DNA of 47,648 nucleotides from a virus (lineage: Duplodnaviria; Caudoviricetes): IMG/VR virus record IMGVR_UViG_3300025369_000001, positions 1 through 47,648 of that record. One strand, given 5' to 3'. The notes under the pieces were generated by a model. The model was not told the origin of the DNA. It ran no database searches and was given only the letters and a program-made list of their open reading frames with translations. A program made the position numbers and the translations under genes. Positions 8,763 to 19,045 of this stretch are shown piece by piece. Position 1 is the first letter of the stretch, and each line of letters opens with the position of its first letter.

Positions 8763-11700
8763 ATGCTATTACTATTTGCTAATCAGGCTCAGACAACTCT
8801 AGCCTTACCAGCATTAAGCACAGCTACTACTATCACTGTTGCTGGTGGTACTGGCGCTAATTTTCCTAATCCTACTACCAACCAAGCATTTAAGCTTACT
8901 ATAGTTTCAACACTTAACAATCTTGTTAATGAGATTGTTTTAGTCACTGCTGTTAATGGTGATGTCTTTACAGTGCAAAGAGGTCAAGAAGGCACAGTGC
9001 CTAGAAATTGGGCTGTTGGTAGCTTTGTAGTTAATCTAATGACTGCTGGCACAGGAAATGCTTTTGCTCAAATTTATGCTTTAAACAATGCCTATTACTC
9101 ACCTGTATTTAATAATATGGCGACCACTACAGGTCAAATTAGTACTTTACCTACAAGCGCCCATGATATTGTAAATAAACAATATGTCGATTCTGTAGCT
9201 GGTGCTTCTGCTGCTAAATATGAGTGTCAAGTAGCCACAACCGCTGCTGTAAGTCTTACAGGATTCCCTGTCCTTGATGGATACCAAGTTGTAGCTAATG
9301 ATCGAGTCCTAGTTAAAAATCAAGCTAATGCTGCCTACAATGGTATTTATATTGCTCAATCTGGATCTTGGGCTAGATCTGCTGATATGGCAGTATGGAA
9401 TGAAGTGCCAGGTGCTACTACCTTTGTACAAAATGGTACTTTATATGCCAATACTGGCTGGGTAGCAATTACCTCTGAATTAGGCACTATCAATGTCACT
9501 CCTATTGTTTGGAGTCAATTCTCTGGCTATGGTACTTATACTGCTGGCATAGGTCTTACTTTAACAGGCACACAATTCTCTATTACCAATACTGGAGTGA
9601 CTGCAAATTCTTATGGATCTGCAACTCAAGTACCTACTTACACAGTCAATGCTCAAGGTCAATTGACTCAAGCTGGCAATACAAGTATCTATATTCCAGC
9701 AAGCCAAATCAATGGCACTATACCTAATTCTAAATTAGCCAACAGCTCTTTTGTATTAGGTTCTAGCACAGTTAATCTAGGCGATACTTTAACAAGTCTT
9801 ACTGGTGTAACTATTAATGGCAATACCAATACTTTAACCTTTATACCTAATTCAGCTTTAACTAATAGCTCAATTGCCATTAATGGAAATACAGTTTCAT
9901 TAGGCGGATCTACTACAGTCACCGCAGTTAATCCTTATGCTCTTACTATAGGCACAGGATTAAGTGGCACTAGCTATAATGGCTCAAGCGCAGTGACTAT
10001 AAACAATACAGGACTTCTATCTTTTAGCACTGGATCTACTGGTCTTACTTCTACTACCACTTCAGGCGCAGTGACTTTATCTGGAACTCTAGGAGTTGGC
10101 TTTGGTGGTACAGGACTTAATTCAACCCCTGCGAATGGTCAATTATTAATCGGAAATTCTACAGGTTATACCTTATCTACTTTAACTGCTGGTACAGGTA
10201 TTTCAGTAACCAATACCTCAGGTGGCATTACTATTGCTCTTGATGGAAGTAGTGAGGTTCTTTCATTTAGAACTACTCTATCAGGTTTAACTCCTTCAAC
10301 TGCTACAGGTGGCGCTATTGTTCTTGCTGGCACACTAGGTGTTGCAAGTGGCGGAACTGGAGCTACAACCCTTACAGGTTATCTATATGGAAATGGTACA
10401 AGTGCAATAACCGCATCTACTACTATTCCTAATACTGCTATTACTGGTTTAGGTACAATGAGTACTCAAAACTCTAATGCTGTATCTATTACAGGCGGTT
10501 CTATATCAGGCGTAGCTTTAATCCTTGATAGTTTAAATTCTACTCCTATTGGAGCTACCACACCTGCTTCAGGTAAATTTACTACACTTGAAGCTACAGG
10601 CAATTTAACCCTAGATTCTTATACTGGTTATTTATATGGTAATGGAAGTGGTGCAGTTACTTCATCAACTACTATACCAACTACTTCTTTAAGCGGAACT
10701 ATCACTAATGCACAGCTTGCAAATAGCTCAATCACTATTAATGGTAATTCTGTAAGTCTTGGCGGATCTACTACTGTTACTGCCAATACTACAAATTCAT
10801 TAACCTTTAATACAAGTGGTACAGGAGATGCTTCTCCAGTAACCTTTAATGGTTCAATTGCTCATACTATTTCCTACAATACTATAGGCGCTTCACCTTT
10901 AGCTGGATCTACAAGTCTTATTACTACAGGTACAGTGACTACAGGAACTTGGTCAGGTTTATTTGGTGCTGTATCAGGCGCTAATCTTACTAATTTAACT
11001 GCTGCTAATTTAACTGGTACGACTTTACCTTCATCTATAGTTAATTCAAGTCTTACTACTGTAGGCACTATAGGAACTGGTGTATGGCATGGAACTGCAA
11101 TTACTCCTGCTTATGGTGGTACAGGCGCTACTACCCTAACTGGTTATGTCTATGGAAATGGTACAGGCACAATGACTGCTTCTACCACCATTCCCACTAC
11201 TGCTCTTAGTGGAACTATTACGAATGCTCAATTAGCAAATAGTTCAGTTACCTACAATGGTGTTAATGTTGCCTTAGGTGCAAGTGGCACAATTACTGCG
11301 AATACAACAAATACCTTAACTTTTGGTACAGGTCTTACTGGAACATCTTTTAATGGTTCTTCTGCTGTTACTACTGCTATAGATACAACAGTTGTTGCAA
11401 CTTTGTCAGGAACTCAGACTTTAACTAATAAGTCAATGTCAGGTTCTACCAATACTTTTACAAATATTCCTAATTCAGCATTAAGCAACTCAACCATTTC
11501 AGGTATTTCTTTAGGCTCTAATCTTGATGCTTTAACAATTAGCACAGGTCTTTCAGGAACTTCCTACAATGGTGGAAGTGCTGTAACTATTGCTATTGCC
11601 AATACTGCTGTTACATCAGGAACTTATGGTTCTTCTTTAATAGTTCCAGTATTAACAGTAAATGCACAAGGTCAGCTAACTTCTGTAACTAATACCACCA

Positions 11701-13820
11701 TTAATGCAGTTACTTTAACTACAGGCTCAATTACTACCACTCCTGTGGCTTCAACTGATATTGCTAATAAAGCCTATGTAGATGCCGCAGTTTCCAATCT
11801 TTCTATTAAAGATTCGTGTAATGAAGCTACAACAACAGCACTTCCTACCAATATTTATAACAATGGTGCAAGTGGAGTTGGTGCAACTTTAACTGGTGTA
11901 GCAACTGGGACATTAACTGTTGATGGTCAATTAGTTGCTTTAAATGATAGAGTTTTAGTAAAAAATGAAGTAACAAGTGCAAATAATGGAATTTATGTTT
12001 GTACTGTAGCTGGTGCTACTGGTGTGGCTTATGTATTAACAAGGTCTACCGATTCTAATACTTCTAGTGAAATTCAAGGTGAATTTACCTTTATTGAAAA
12101 AGGTACTGTTAATGCTAATACAGGTTGGGCAAATACCAATACTTCTACTATTACTATTGGCACTACAGCTATCACTTATAGTCAATTTAGTGGTGCTGGA
12201 ACTTACACAGCAGGAACAGGTTTAACTTTAACTGGTAGTCAATTCAGCATTACAAATACTGGGGTTACTGCAAACTCTTATGGTTCTGCAAGTTCAGTAC
12301 CAACTTATACAGTTAATGCTCAAGGTCAGCTAACAAGTGCATCTAATACACCAATTAGTATTCCTGCAAGTGCAATTAATACAACCATTCCTAATAGTGG
12401 ATTAACTAATTCAACAATTTCAGGAATAAGTTTAGGCTCTAATCTTGCAACCTTAACTATTGGAACAAGTCTTTCAGGCACTTCTTATAATGGTGGTACT
12501 GCTGTAACGATTGCTTTAGCACCCACAGCAGTAACAGCAGGAAGTTATGGTTCTGCAACACAAGTTGGTACATTTACAGTCAATGCTGAAGGTCAGATAA
12601 CTTCTGCAAGTAATACAACTGTAACTCCAGCACTTACCTCTATTACAGGTTTTGGAACTGGTGTAGCAACTGCTTTAGCAAATGCAACATCAACTACTGG
12701 TGGTATGGTTCTTTATGGTGGTGCTTTAGGTACACCATCTTCAGGCACTTTAACAAATGCAACTGGACTTCCATTAACAACTGGTGTTACTGGAATATTA
12801 CCAGTAGCCAATGGTGGAACTGGTGTCACATCATCTAGTGGTGCAAATTCAGTTGTATTGCGTGATGCTAATGCAAATATTTCAGTTAATTGTTTATTTG
12901 AAGGATTTACAAGTCAAGCGGCTGGCTCATTAATTACTTTAACAGCTTCATCTGTTCAAAATTGGGTAATTACAGGTTCAGGTGGTCAAACTATTAAATT
13001 ACCTGATGCAACAACATTGCCTAGTGGTGCAGTATTTACATTCAATAACAATCAAAGTTCAGGAACGATTGTTGTTCAAAATAATTCTTCAACAACAGTT
13101 GTCACAACACAGTCAGGTTCATTTATTCAGCTTATTTTGTTAAGTAATTCAACTGCGGCTGGTTCTTGGGATTATCATAATGTTGCACCAAGTAATGTAA
13201 GCTGGTCTACAAATACTTTATCTTGGGCTGGTTCTTATACAAATGGAACTTGGAATGGTAATGCTGTAGGTATTCTTTATGGTGGAACTGGTCTTTCTTC
13301 AACACCTACCAATGGACAATTATTAATTGGTAATGGTACTGGTTATACTCTTTCAACTATTACTGCTGGAACTGGTATATCAGTTACAAATAGTGCTGGT
13401 GGTATCACTATTGCAGTCAATGGTACTGGTGAAGTAACTAGCTTTCAAACAAGTCTTTCAGGATTAACTCCTTCAACAGCTACAGGTGGTGCAGTTACTC
13501 TTGCTGGTACTTTGGGTGCATCTTCAGGTGGTACTGGAGTAGCGACTCTAAGCGGTCTTGCTTATGGCAATGGTACTTCAGCCTTTACAGCAGCCACAGC
13601 CGCACAAGTAGTCTCTGTCATAGGCACTACTGCGGTGACTAATGCGACCAATGCAACAAATTCAGCTAATATAGCTTTAACAGCAGGTTCTGGTGCTACA
13701 AATTATTTACACTTTAGCTCTACAGCTACAGGAAACTCAGCAGTGAATACTAATACTTCTCTAACCTATAATTACACAAATAATGCAATTACAAGCGGTA
13801 TTAATGGTGGGGCATTTTAA
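8763..13820 (+). CDS. long tail fibre (1685 aa, Thr/Gly/Ser-rich, repetitive)
   Basis: Shared anchor domain; two DRVLVKNQ/E...NGIY modules; NKxYVD motifs; ends in NGGAF. Confidence 0.85.
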   Translation: MLLLFANQAQTTLALPALSTATTITVAGGTGANFPNPTTNQAFKLTIVSTLNNLVNEIVLVTAVNGDVFTVQRGQEGTVPRNWAVGSFVVNLMTAGTGNAFAQIYALNNAYYSPVFNNMATTTGQISTLPTSAHDIVNKQYVDSVAGASAAKYECQVATTAAVSLTGFPVLDGYQVVANDRVLVKNQANAAYNGIYIAQSGSWARSADMAVWNEVPGATTFVQNGTLYANTGWVAITSELGTINVTPIVWSQFSGYGTYTAGIGLTLTGTQFSITNTGVTANSYGSATQVPTYTVNAQGQLTQAGNTSIYIPASQINGTIPNSKLANSSFVLGSSTVNLGDTLTSLTGVTINGNTNTLTFIPNSALTNSSIAINGNTVSLGGSTTVTAVNPYALTIGTGLSGTSYNGSSAVTINNTGLLSFSTGSTGLTSTTTSGAVTLSGTLGVGFGGTGLNSTPANGQLLIGNSTGYTLSTLTAGTGISVTNTSGGITIALDGSSEVLSFRTTLSGLTPSTATGGAIVLAGTLGVASGGTGATTLTGYLYGNGTSAITASTTIPNTAITGLGTMSTQNSNAVSITGGSISGVALILDSLNSTPIGATTPASGKFTTLEATGNLTLDSYTGYLYGNGSGAVTSSTTIPTTSLSGTITNAQLANSSITINGNSVSLGGSTTVTANTTNSLTFNTSGTGDASPVTFNGSIAHTISYNTIGASPLAGSTSLITTGTVTTGTWSGLFGAVSGANLTNLTAANLTGTTLPSSIVNSSLTTVGTIGTGVWHGTAITPAYGGTGATTLTGYVYGNGTGTMTASTTIPTTALSGTITNAQLANSSVTYNGVNVALGASGTITANTTNTLTFGTGLTGTSFNGSSAVTTAIDTTVVATLSGTQTLTNKSMSGSTNTFTNIPNSALSNSTISGISLGSNLDALTISTGLSGTSYNGGSAVTIAIANTAVTSGTYGSSLIVPVLTVNAQGQLTSVTNTTINAVTLTTGSITTTPVASTDIANKAYVDAAVSNLSIKDSCNEATTTALPTNIYNNGASGVGATLTGVATGTLTVDGQLVALNDRVLVKNEVTSANNGIYVCTVAGATGVAYVLTRSTDSNTSSEIQGEFTFIEKGTVNANTGWANTNTSTITIGTTAITYSQFSGAGTYTAGTGLTLTGSQFSITNTGVTANSYGSASSVPTYTVNAQGQLTSASNTPISIPASAINTTIPNSGLTNSTISGISLGSNLATLTIGTSLSGTSYNGGTAVTIALAPTAVTAGSYGSATQVGTFTVNAEGQITSASNTTVTPALTSITGFGTGVATALANATSTTGGMVLYGGALGTPSSGTLTNATGLPLTTGVTGILPVANGGTGVTSSSGANSVVLRDANANISVNCLFEGFTSQAAGSLITLTASSVQNWVITGSGGQTIKLPDATTLPSGAVFTFNNNQSSGTIVVQNNSSTTVVTTQSGSFIQLILLSNSTAAGSWDYHNVAPSNVSWSTNTLSWAGSYTNGTWNGNAVGILYGGTGLSSTPTNGQLLIGNGTGYTLSTITAGTGISVTNSAGGITIAVNGTGEVTSFQTSLSGLTPSTATGGAVTLAGTLGASSGGTGVATLSGLAYGNGTSAFTAATAAQVVSVIGTTAVTNATNATNSANIALTAGSGATNYLHFSSTATGNSAVNTNTSLTYNYTNNAITSGINGGAF

Positions 13821-13857
13821 TTTTGGTTTATAATCTATTTTTTAAAGGAATTTAATT

Positions 13858-14871
13858 ATGGCAGCTAGTGGATTTACCCCTATTTTACTATATGCAAGTG
13901 GCACAACTGGTAATACACCTTCGGCTACCAATTTAACAAGCTCATCTTTAGGTGCTGAACTTGCTTTAAATTATACCGATGGTAAATTATTTTATAAGGA
14001 TAATGCTGGTACTGTTCAAGTTCTAGCTTCTAAGGCTTCAGCTTCTACTACTTTTAGTGGTGGAACTACTGGTTTAACTCCTTCTACTGCAACTACAGGT
14101 GCTATTACACTAGCTGGTACTTTAGTAGTATCCAATGGCGGAACAGGGGCAACTACTCTTACTGGTCTTATTAAGGGCAATGGTACTTCAGCATTTACTG
14201 CTGCTGTATCTGGAACTGATTATGCTCCAGCAACCTCTGGAACTTCTATTCTTTATGGTAATGGATCTGGTGGTTTTAGTAATGTCACTGTAGGTTCTGG
14301 TCTTACTTTCACTGGCGGTACTTTAACAGCGACATCTTCTGGCGGATCTGTAACCTCAGTATCTGTAGTAACTGCCAATGGTTTTGCTGGTACTGTAGCT
14401 ACAGCAACTAGCACTCCAGCGATTACTTTAACAACTTCTATTACTGGTGTATTAAAAGGCAATGGCACTGCAATTAGTGCTGCAACTGCTGGTACTGATT
14501 ATACAACTCCTACAGGCTTAGAGCTTTTAAGCAATAAGAGAATTAACCCAAGAGTATCTGCTACTACAACAGCTTCTTCTTTAACTCCAGATGTCTCTGT
14601 ATCAACTGGCTATGATGAATATGCTTATACAGCTTTAGCATCTGCTTTAACTATTAATGCTCCTACAGGCACTCCTGTAGATGGCAATAAACTTATATTT
14701 AGACTCCTTGATAATGGTACTGCTCAAACACTATCATGGAACTCTACTTATACAATTATCGGTGTCACTTTACCCACAACAACAGTAGCTAACAAAACCA
14801 CTTATGTAGGATGTATTTATAATGCAAATAACACAAGATGGGATGTAGTTGCTGTAACAACTCAAGCTTAA
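13858..14871 (+). CDS. distal tail fibre protein with Mtd/hyaluronidase-N-like N-terminus
   Basis: ELALNYTDGKLFYKD motif; GGTG repeats; WDVVAV C-terminus. Confidence 0.65.
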   Translation: MAASGFTPILLYASGTTGNTPSATNLTSSSLGAELALNYTDGKLFYKDNAGTVQVLASKASASTTFSGGTTGLTPSTATTGAITLAGTLVVSNGGTGATTLTGLIKGNGTSAFTAAVSGTDYAPATSGTSILYGNGSGGFSNVTVGSGLTFTGGTLTATSSGGSVTSVSVVTANGFAGTVATATSTPAITLTTSITGVLKGNGTAISAATAGTDYTTPTGLELLSNKRINPRVSATTTASSLTPDVSVSTGYDEYAYTALASALTINAPTGTPVDGNKLIFRLLDNGTAQTLSWNSTYTIIGVTLPTTTVANKTTYVGCIYNANNTRWDVVAVTTQA

Positions 14872-14880
14872 GGACAAAAT

Positions 14881-15069
14881 ATGACAACTTGCGCTGTATG
14901 CCAAATCTCAGATGGTTTAGTAATTAATTTAATTGTAGCTGAGCCTACAGACCTTCCACCAGCTAATTGCGAGCTTATTGTAACTCCAGATTCATCTGGC
15001 AATAATGCAAATATTGGCGATACATGGAATGGAACAATATTCGTAGCACCAACTAGCGCAACTGCATAA
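14881..15069 (+). CDS. small fibre-associated/assembly protein
   Basis: IGDTWNGTIF motif; AAGGAC RBS; TAATG coupling to the next gene. Confidence 0.55.
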   Translation: MTTCAVCQISDGLVINLIVAEPTDLPPANCELIVTPDSSGNNANIGDTWNGTIFVAPTSATA

Positions 15070-17429
15070 TGGCAATATCCTTTATATCAGCTGGTACACA
15101 GATTCAATCTGTAGCCAATCCTACACCAGGATTACCCTCTGGCTATCAAGCTGGCGATTTATTAATTCTTATTACTGGCAGTGCTAATACTGTAACTCCT
15201 ACTGTTAGTGGCTATACACAAATAATTTCTACACAATATAGTACAAATACATCTAGTTCTATATTTTATAAAGTAGCAACAGCATCAGAAACTGCACCTA
15301 CTGTATCAGATAGTAATAGTTCTTGTTTTGCTCAAATACTTTGTTATCGTGGTGCAAGTATAGGGAAAATAGCGACTGCTGCCACAGCCGCAGGAACTTC
15401 ATTAGCAACAAATACAGTAACCACTCCAATAGCAAATGCTTGGATTGTTAGCTTTTGGAGCAATAACCCTAAAGCATCTACATGGTCTACACCATCAGGA
15501 ACAACACAAAGAGCTGTTAATACTTTACAAACAGGATCTTATTGCGGTTTTGTAGCAGTAGATGAAATTCAAGCAACAGCAGGTGTTAGTACTGCTAGGA
15601 CATCAACTGAAACAGGTTCTGGATCTGTAAACGGAGTTGCTTCTGCTTTTGTTTTATTACCTAATACAACCCAAAAAACAGTATTCATAACTTCTGGTAC
15701 GACATACACAATTCCTTCAGACTATGCAAGCTTAGTATCAGTTGAAGGTATTGGCGGTGGTGGTAATGGTGATAGTTCTTTTGCTGGAGGTGGTGGTGGT
15801 GCTTATGCCAAATCCACAAATATTACTGGACTATATGCTGGATTAACTACTTATGTATCTATAGGTGCAGCAAATGGAGACACTTGGTTTAATACCTCTA
15901 ATTCTGCGCCTACTTTAGCTTCAACTGGGGTTCTTGCTAAAGCAGGACAGTCAGCTAGTTCAACAAATGGAGGTGCTGGAGGAGCTTCAGGTTCTTCTAT
16001 AGGAAATACTAAATATTCTGGTGGTTCTGGAGGTACATCAACAAATTATACAGCAGGTGGAGGTGGTGCGGCTGGTGCAGGTGGAGCAGGAGGAAATGGA
16101 TCAAATGATGGCGCTGTTGGTGGTAGTGGTGGTGGTGGCGGAGCATCATTAAATTCTCCAGGTAATGGGGGTAGCACTTCAACAGGATCTAACGGAGCTA
16201 ATGGTGGTAATGGTGGTTCTGGAACTGGTGGTGGTGTAGGTGGATCAGGTAATGGTGGTAATGGTACAGCAGGCACTGGTGGTGGTGGTGCAGGTGGTGC
16301 TGGAGGCGGATCTTACACTGGTGGTAATGGTGCTACAGGATCATATTGGACAGCAACCGCAGGAGGCACAGCAGGCTCAGGTGGTGGAGGCGGTGGAGGT
16401 GGTGGCTTTGGTGCTGCTGGTGGTGCTGGAGGTCTTTATGGTGGTGGTGGTGGCGGATCTTCTAATTTAACAGCATCAGGCGCTCAAGGCATTATTGTAT
16501 TTACTTACAACGCATATACTAATATCACCAAAAAAACTGTATTTATTACAAGTGGCACAACTTACACAATACCAAGTGACTTCCAAACTCTTATCTCTGT
16601 AGAAGGTATTGGAGCTGGAGGAGCTAATCCCAATCCAGCTAGTTATGGTGGAGCAGGAGGCGGAGCTTATGCAAAATCAATTTCTGTTTCTGGTTTAACT
16701 CCTGGCGCAACAGCATACTGTTCAGTAGGGGCTGGTACAACATCAGGTGCTGGTGGTGATACATGGTTTAATATATCAAGTAATGCTGCTCCAACATTGA
16801 CAACACAAGGTATTTTAGCTAAAGGTGGACAAGTTTCGGCTACGAGTACTGGGGGTTTAGGAGGGCAAGCATCCGCTTCTATAGGTGATGTTAAGTTTTC
16901 TGGTGGTAATGGAGGAGCATACTCTAGTGGAGCTGGTGGATCAGGCGGTGCTGCTGCTCCAGGCGGTGTAGGAGGAAATGGATCAAGCGCTTCAGGTACA
17001 GGTGGTAGAGGGGCTGGCGGTGGAGGTGCATCAGCATCTGCGGCAGGAAATAATGCTACAAATGCTTCTGGTAGCACTGGCGGTAATGGCGGTAATGGAG
17101 GTGGTGGTACTGGAGGTGGTGCTGGTTCAACAACTACTGGAGCAAACGGAACATCAGGTACAGGTGGTGGCGGTGGCGGTGGTGGATCTATTGGTGGGGC
17201 TGGAGGTTCTGGCATTGCAATATGGACTCAAACTTCTAACTCTGCAACAGCTGGAGCAGGTGGTGGCTGCGGTGCAGGAAGCTCAAATATAGCTGGTGGA
17301 GGTGGTCTCTATGGCGGTGGCGGAGGTTATGGTAGCTACGCTTCAGCACAAGGCATCATTGTATTTACCTATAATGCAGCTACATCTGTAGTTACCAATA
17401 CAAGTAATTTCTTTTTATTCTTTATGTAA
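15069..17429 (+). CDS. glycine-rich receptor-binding/adhesin-like protein with two tandem modules
   Basis: Two copies of KTVFITSGTTYTIPSD...GGGGAYAKS...AQGIIVFTYNA. Confidence 0.7.
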   Translation: MAISFISAGTQIQSVANPTPGLPSGYQAGDLLILITGSANTVTPTVSGYTQIISTQYSTNTSSSIFYKVATASETAPTVSDSNSSCFAQILCYRGASIGKIATAATAAGTSLATNTVTTPIANAWIVSFWSNNPKASTWSTPSGTTQRAVNTLQTGSYCGFVAVDEIQATAGVSTARTSTETGSGSVNGVASAFVLLPNTTQKTVFITSGTTYTIPSDYASLVSVEGIGGGGNGDSSFAGGGGGAYAKSTNITGLYAGLTTYVSIGAANGDTWFNTSNSAPTLASTGVLAKAGQSASSTNGGAGGASGSSIGNTKYSGGSGGTSTNYTAGGGGAAGAGGAGGNGSNDGAVGGSGGGGGASLNSPGNGGSTSTGSNGANGGNGGSGTGGGVGGSGNGGNGTAGTGGGGAGGAGGGSYTGGNGATGSYWTATAGGTAGSGGGGGGGGGFGAAGGAGGLYGGGGGGSSNLTASGAQGIIVFTYNAYTNITKKTVFITSGTTYTIPSDFQTLISVEGIGAGGANPNPASYGGAGGGAYAKSISVSGLTPGATAYCSVGAGTTSGAGGDTWFNISSNAAPTLTTQGILAKGGQVSATSTGGLGGQASASIGDVKFSGGNGGAYSSGAGGSGGAAAPGGVGGNGSSASGTGGRGAGGGGASASAAGNNATNASGSTGGNGGNGGGGTGGGAGSTTTGANGTSGTGGGGGGGGSIGGAGGSGIAIWTQTSNSATAGAGGGCGAGSSNIAGGGGLYGGGGGYGSYASAQGIIVFTYNAATSVVTNTSNFFLFFM

Positions 17430-17433
17430 ATAT

Positions 17434-17442
17434 TGATATAAT
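17434..17442 (+). promoter_or_regulatory. extended -10 promoter upstream of the lysis cassette
   Basis: TGATATAAT (TGnTATAAT) in an intergenic position. Confidence 0.55.
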
Positions 17443-17499
17443 AATTTCAGGGATAAGTCATAACCCTTTTTTTATGACTAAAATGAAGGAAAAAGGACA

Positions 17500-17682
17500 A
17501 TGGATCAAGTTACTATTAGTGTAGATTTAGCTAACTCTATATGGGGTTATTTAGCCACTAAGCCTTTTGCAGAAGTTGCTAATCTAGCTACAGCATACCA
17601 ACAAGCAGTTGGTCATCAAGTGGCAGCGATTGAAGCAGCTAAAGCAGAAGCAGCAACACCAGTAGAAGCACCAACAGCATAA
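17500..17682 (+). CDS. hypothetical protein
   Basis: AAAAGGAC RBS; 60 aa. Confidence 0.65.
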   Translation: MDQVTISVDLANSIWGYLATKPFAEVANLATAYQQAVGHQVAAIEAAKAEAATPVEAPTA

Positions 17683-17691
17683 GGAAATAAT

Positions 17692-17934
17692 ATGGAAATA
17701 GGCGATATTCATAGTTTTGTTTTATTAATACTTAGTGTCGCCTGTTCTATTTTAGGCTGGTTTGCCAAACAATTGTATTATTCAGTTGATAAGCTAAAAG
17801 AAGATTTAAACAAACTCTCTGAAAATGTATCAGAAAAATATTTAAGAAAAGATGACTACAGAGATGATATGCACGACATCAAAGAAATGCTTAACAAAAT
17901 ATTTGAAAGATTAGATTCAAAACAAGACAAATAA
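17692..17934 (+). CDS. membrane protein, holin/antiholin-like
   Basis: N-terminal TM segment followed by a coiled coil; lysis region. Confidence 0.5.
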   Translation: MEIGDIHSFVLLILSVACSILGWFAKQLYYSVDKLKEDLNKLSENVSEKYLRKDDYRDDMHDIKEMLNKIFERLDSKQDK

Positions 17935-17945
17935 AGGAAAATAAA

Positions 17946-18167
17946 ATGAAACAAAAATTAAATGAATTAAAAGATTTTTTGATTGTAGTTTTACTATTTG
18001 CATTTAGAGTTTTAGTAGTATGGGCAGAAGGCTTTTTAAATGAAGCTTATGCTGTTGTATCTAAATTAGATATTTTAGTAAACAATGAAATTGCAGCAGT
18101 TGAAGCTGACAAAACACCAGCACCTACAGTAGCACCAGCAACAAACTCAGACCTACAGTCAAAGTAA
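17946..18167 (+). CDS. hypothetical membrane protein
   Basis: One hydrophobic segment; AAAGGA RBS. Confidence 0.55.
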   Translation: MKQKLNELKDFLIVVLLFAFRVLVVWAEGFLNEAYAVVSKLDILVNNEIAAVEADKTPAPTVAPATNSDLQSK

Positions 18168-18169
18168 TT

Positions 18170-18688
18170 ATGTCACTCTTTACTTGGCTCTCTATTAAAT
18201 GGTGGGTTAAGGTACTTACTTCAGACTACTATAGTCTATTAGGCTTTATGCCAACTTGGTTACCCAAAGGTATTATGATCTTTGCGGTAGCCTTGTTCTT
18301 TTTAGAAGTCATCCTAGAGTCTATCCAACAAGTTCCCTATTTTTATAGACTACCTATAAGAATCATTACTATCATTATCTTTGCATCTGGCGCATATTTA
18401 AAAGGGGCGCAAGCTGTAATTTTTCATGATAAAGCAGTGATTAAAGAAGTGACTGACAAGCAAGTGATTGTAACTACAAATATTAAAAATACTTACACTA
18501 AACAATTAAATGCTATAAAATCGACAAATGCTAAACTTAGACAAAAAATTAATACTAAAGATGATGGCGATTGCAAGTTGCCTAAGTCTTTTATCGAGTT
18601 GCACAACAACTCAAGTCAAGGTAGGATTCCCAACCCCACCTGGCGAATTGATGTTACTCCCCCCAAAATTACAGCCCCTACCAAATGA
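18170..18688 (+). CDS. inner-membrane spanin (Rz-like)
   Basis: N-terminal TM segments, helical region, C-x-LP-x-x-F-x-x-LHN motif; overlapped by a lipoprotein gene. Confidence 0.7.
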   Translation: MSLFTWLSIKWWVKVLTSDYYSLLGFMPTWLPKGIMIFAVALFFLEVILESIQQVPYFYRLPIRIITIIIFASGAYLKGAQAVIFHDKAVIKEVTDKQVIVTTNIKNTYTKQLNAIKSTNAKLRQKINTKDDGDCKLPKSFIELHNNSSQGRIPNPTWRIDVTPPKITAPTK

Positions 18689-18806
18689 TGCTAAACTATC
18701 TACCGCAGAAGGTGTTATAGTCGATAACTATACCGCCTATCAAGTAGTATCAGAGCAACTTATAGAATTACAATCATGGATCAAGGAACAGACCAAAATC
18801 AAATAA
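18561..18806 (+). CDS. outer-membrane spanin (Rz1-like lipoprotein)
   Basis: Signal peptide with lipobox LSSC, Pro-rich segment and LQSWI; start re-placed at the ATG ATG at 18561. Confidence 0.75.
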   Translation: MMAIASCLSLLSSCTTTQVKVGFPTPPGELMLLPPKLQPLPNDAKLSTAEGVIVDNYTAYQVVSEQLIELQSWIKEQTKIK

Positions 18807-19045
18807 ATAAAATCTTTACCCATTTAGTCACTGGTAAGGATAATCAAACCCATGATATAGCTCGCTGGTCATGGCTAATTGCTACTTTAGTAGTAATAGG
18901 CGGAGCAGTATGGAATGCTTTTAACTCCCATATTTTTATTATTAAAGACTTTGCCGAATCTATTTCAGTAATTGCTGGCGCTCACAGTGCTTCAATATGG
19001 GCTAAAAAAGATACTGAGCCACCGCCAATAGACACCCCAGAATGA
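18776..19045 (+). CDS. putative holin
   Basis: Two hydrophobic segments; directly upstream of the endolysin. Confidence 0.5.
   Translation: MDQGTDQNQINKIFTHLVTGKDNQTHDIARWSWLIATLVVIGGAVWNAFNSHIFIIKDFAESISVIAGAHSASIWAKKDTEPPPIDTPE

Noticed and set aside
16046-17292. Pro-rich antisense ORFs and Val-rich shifted ORFs
   Set aside because: Shadows of GGN glycine codons in the adhesin gene
6383-17429. Diversity-generating retroelement or invertible fibre cassette
   Set aside because: No reverse transcriptase or invertase, and the repeats do not show adenine-specific differences
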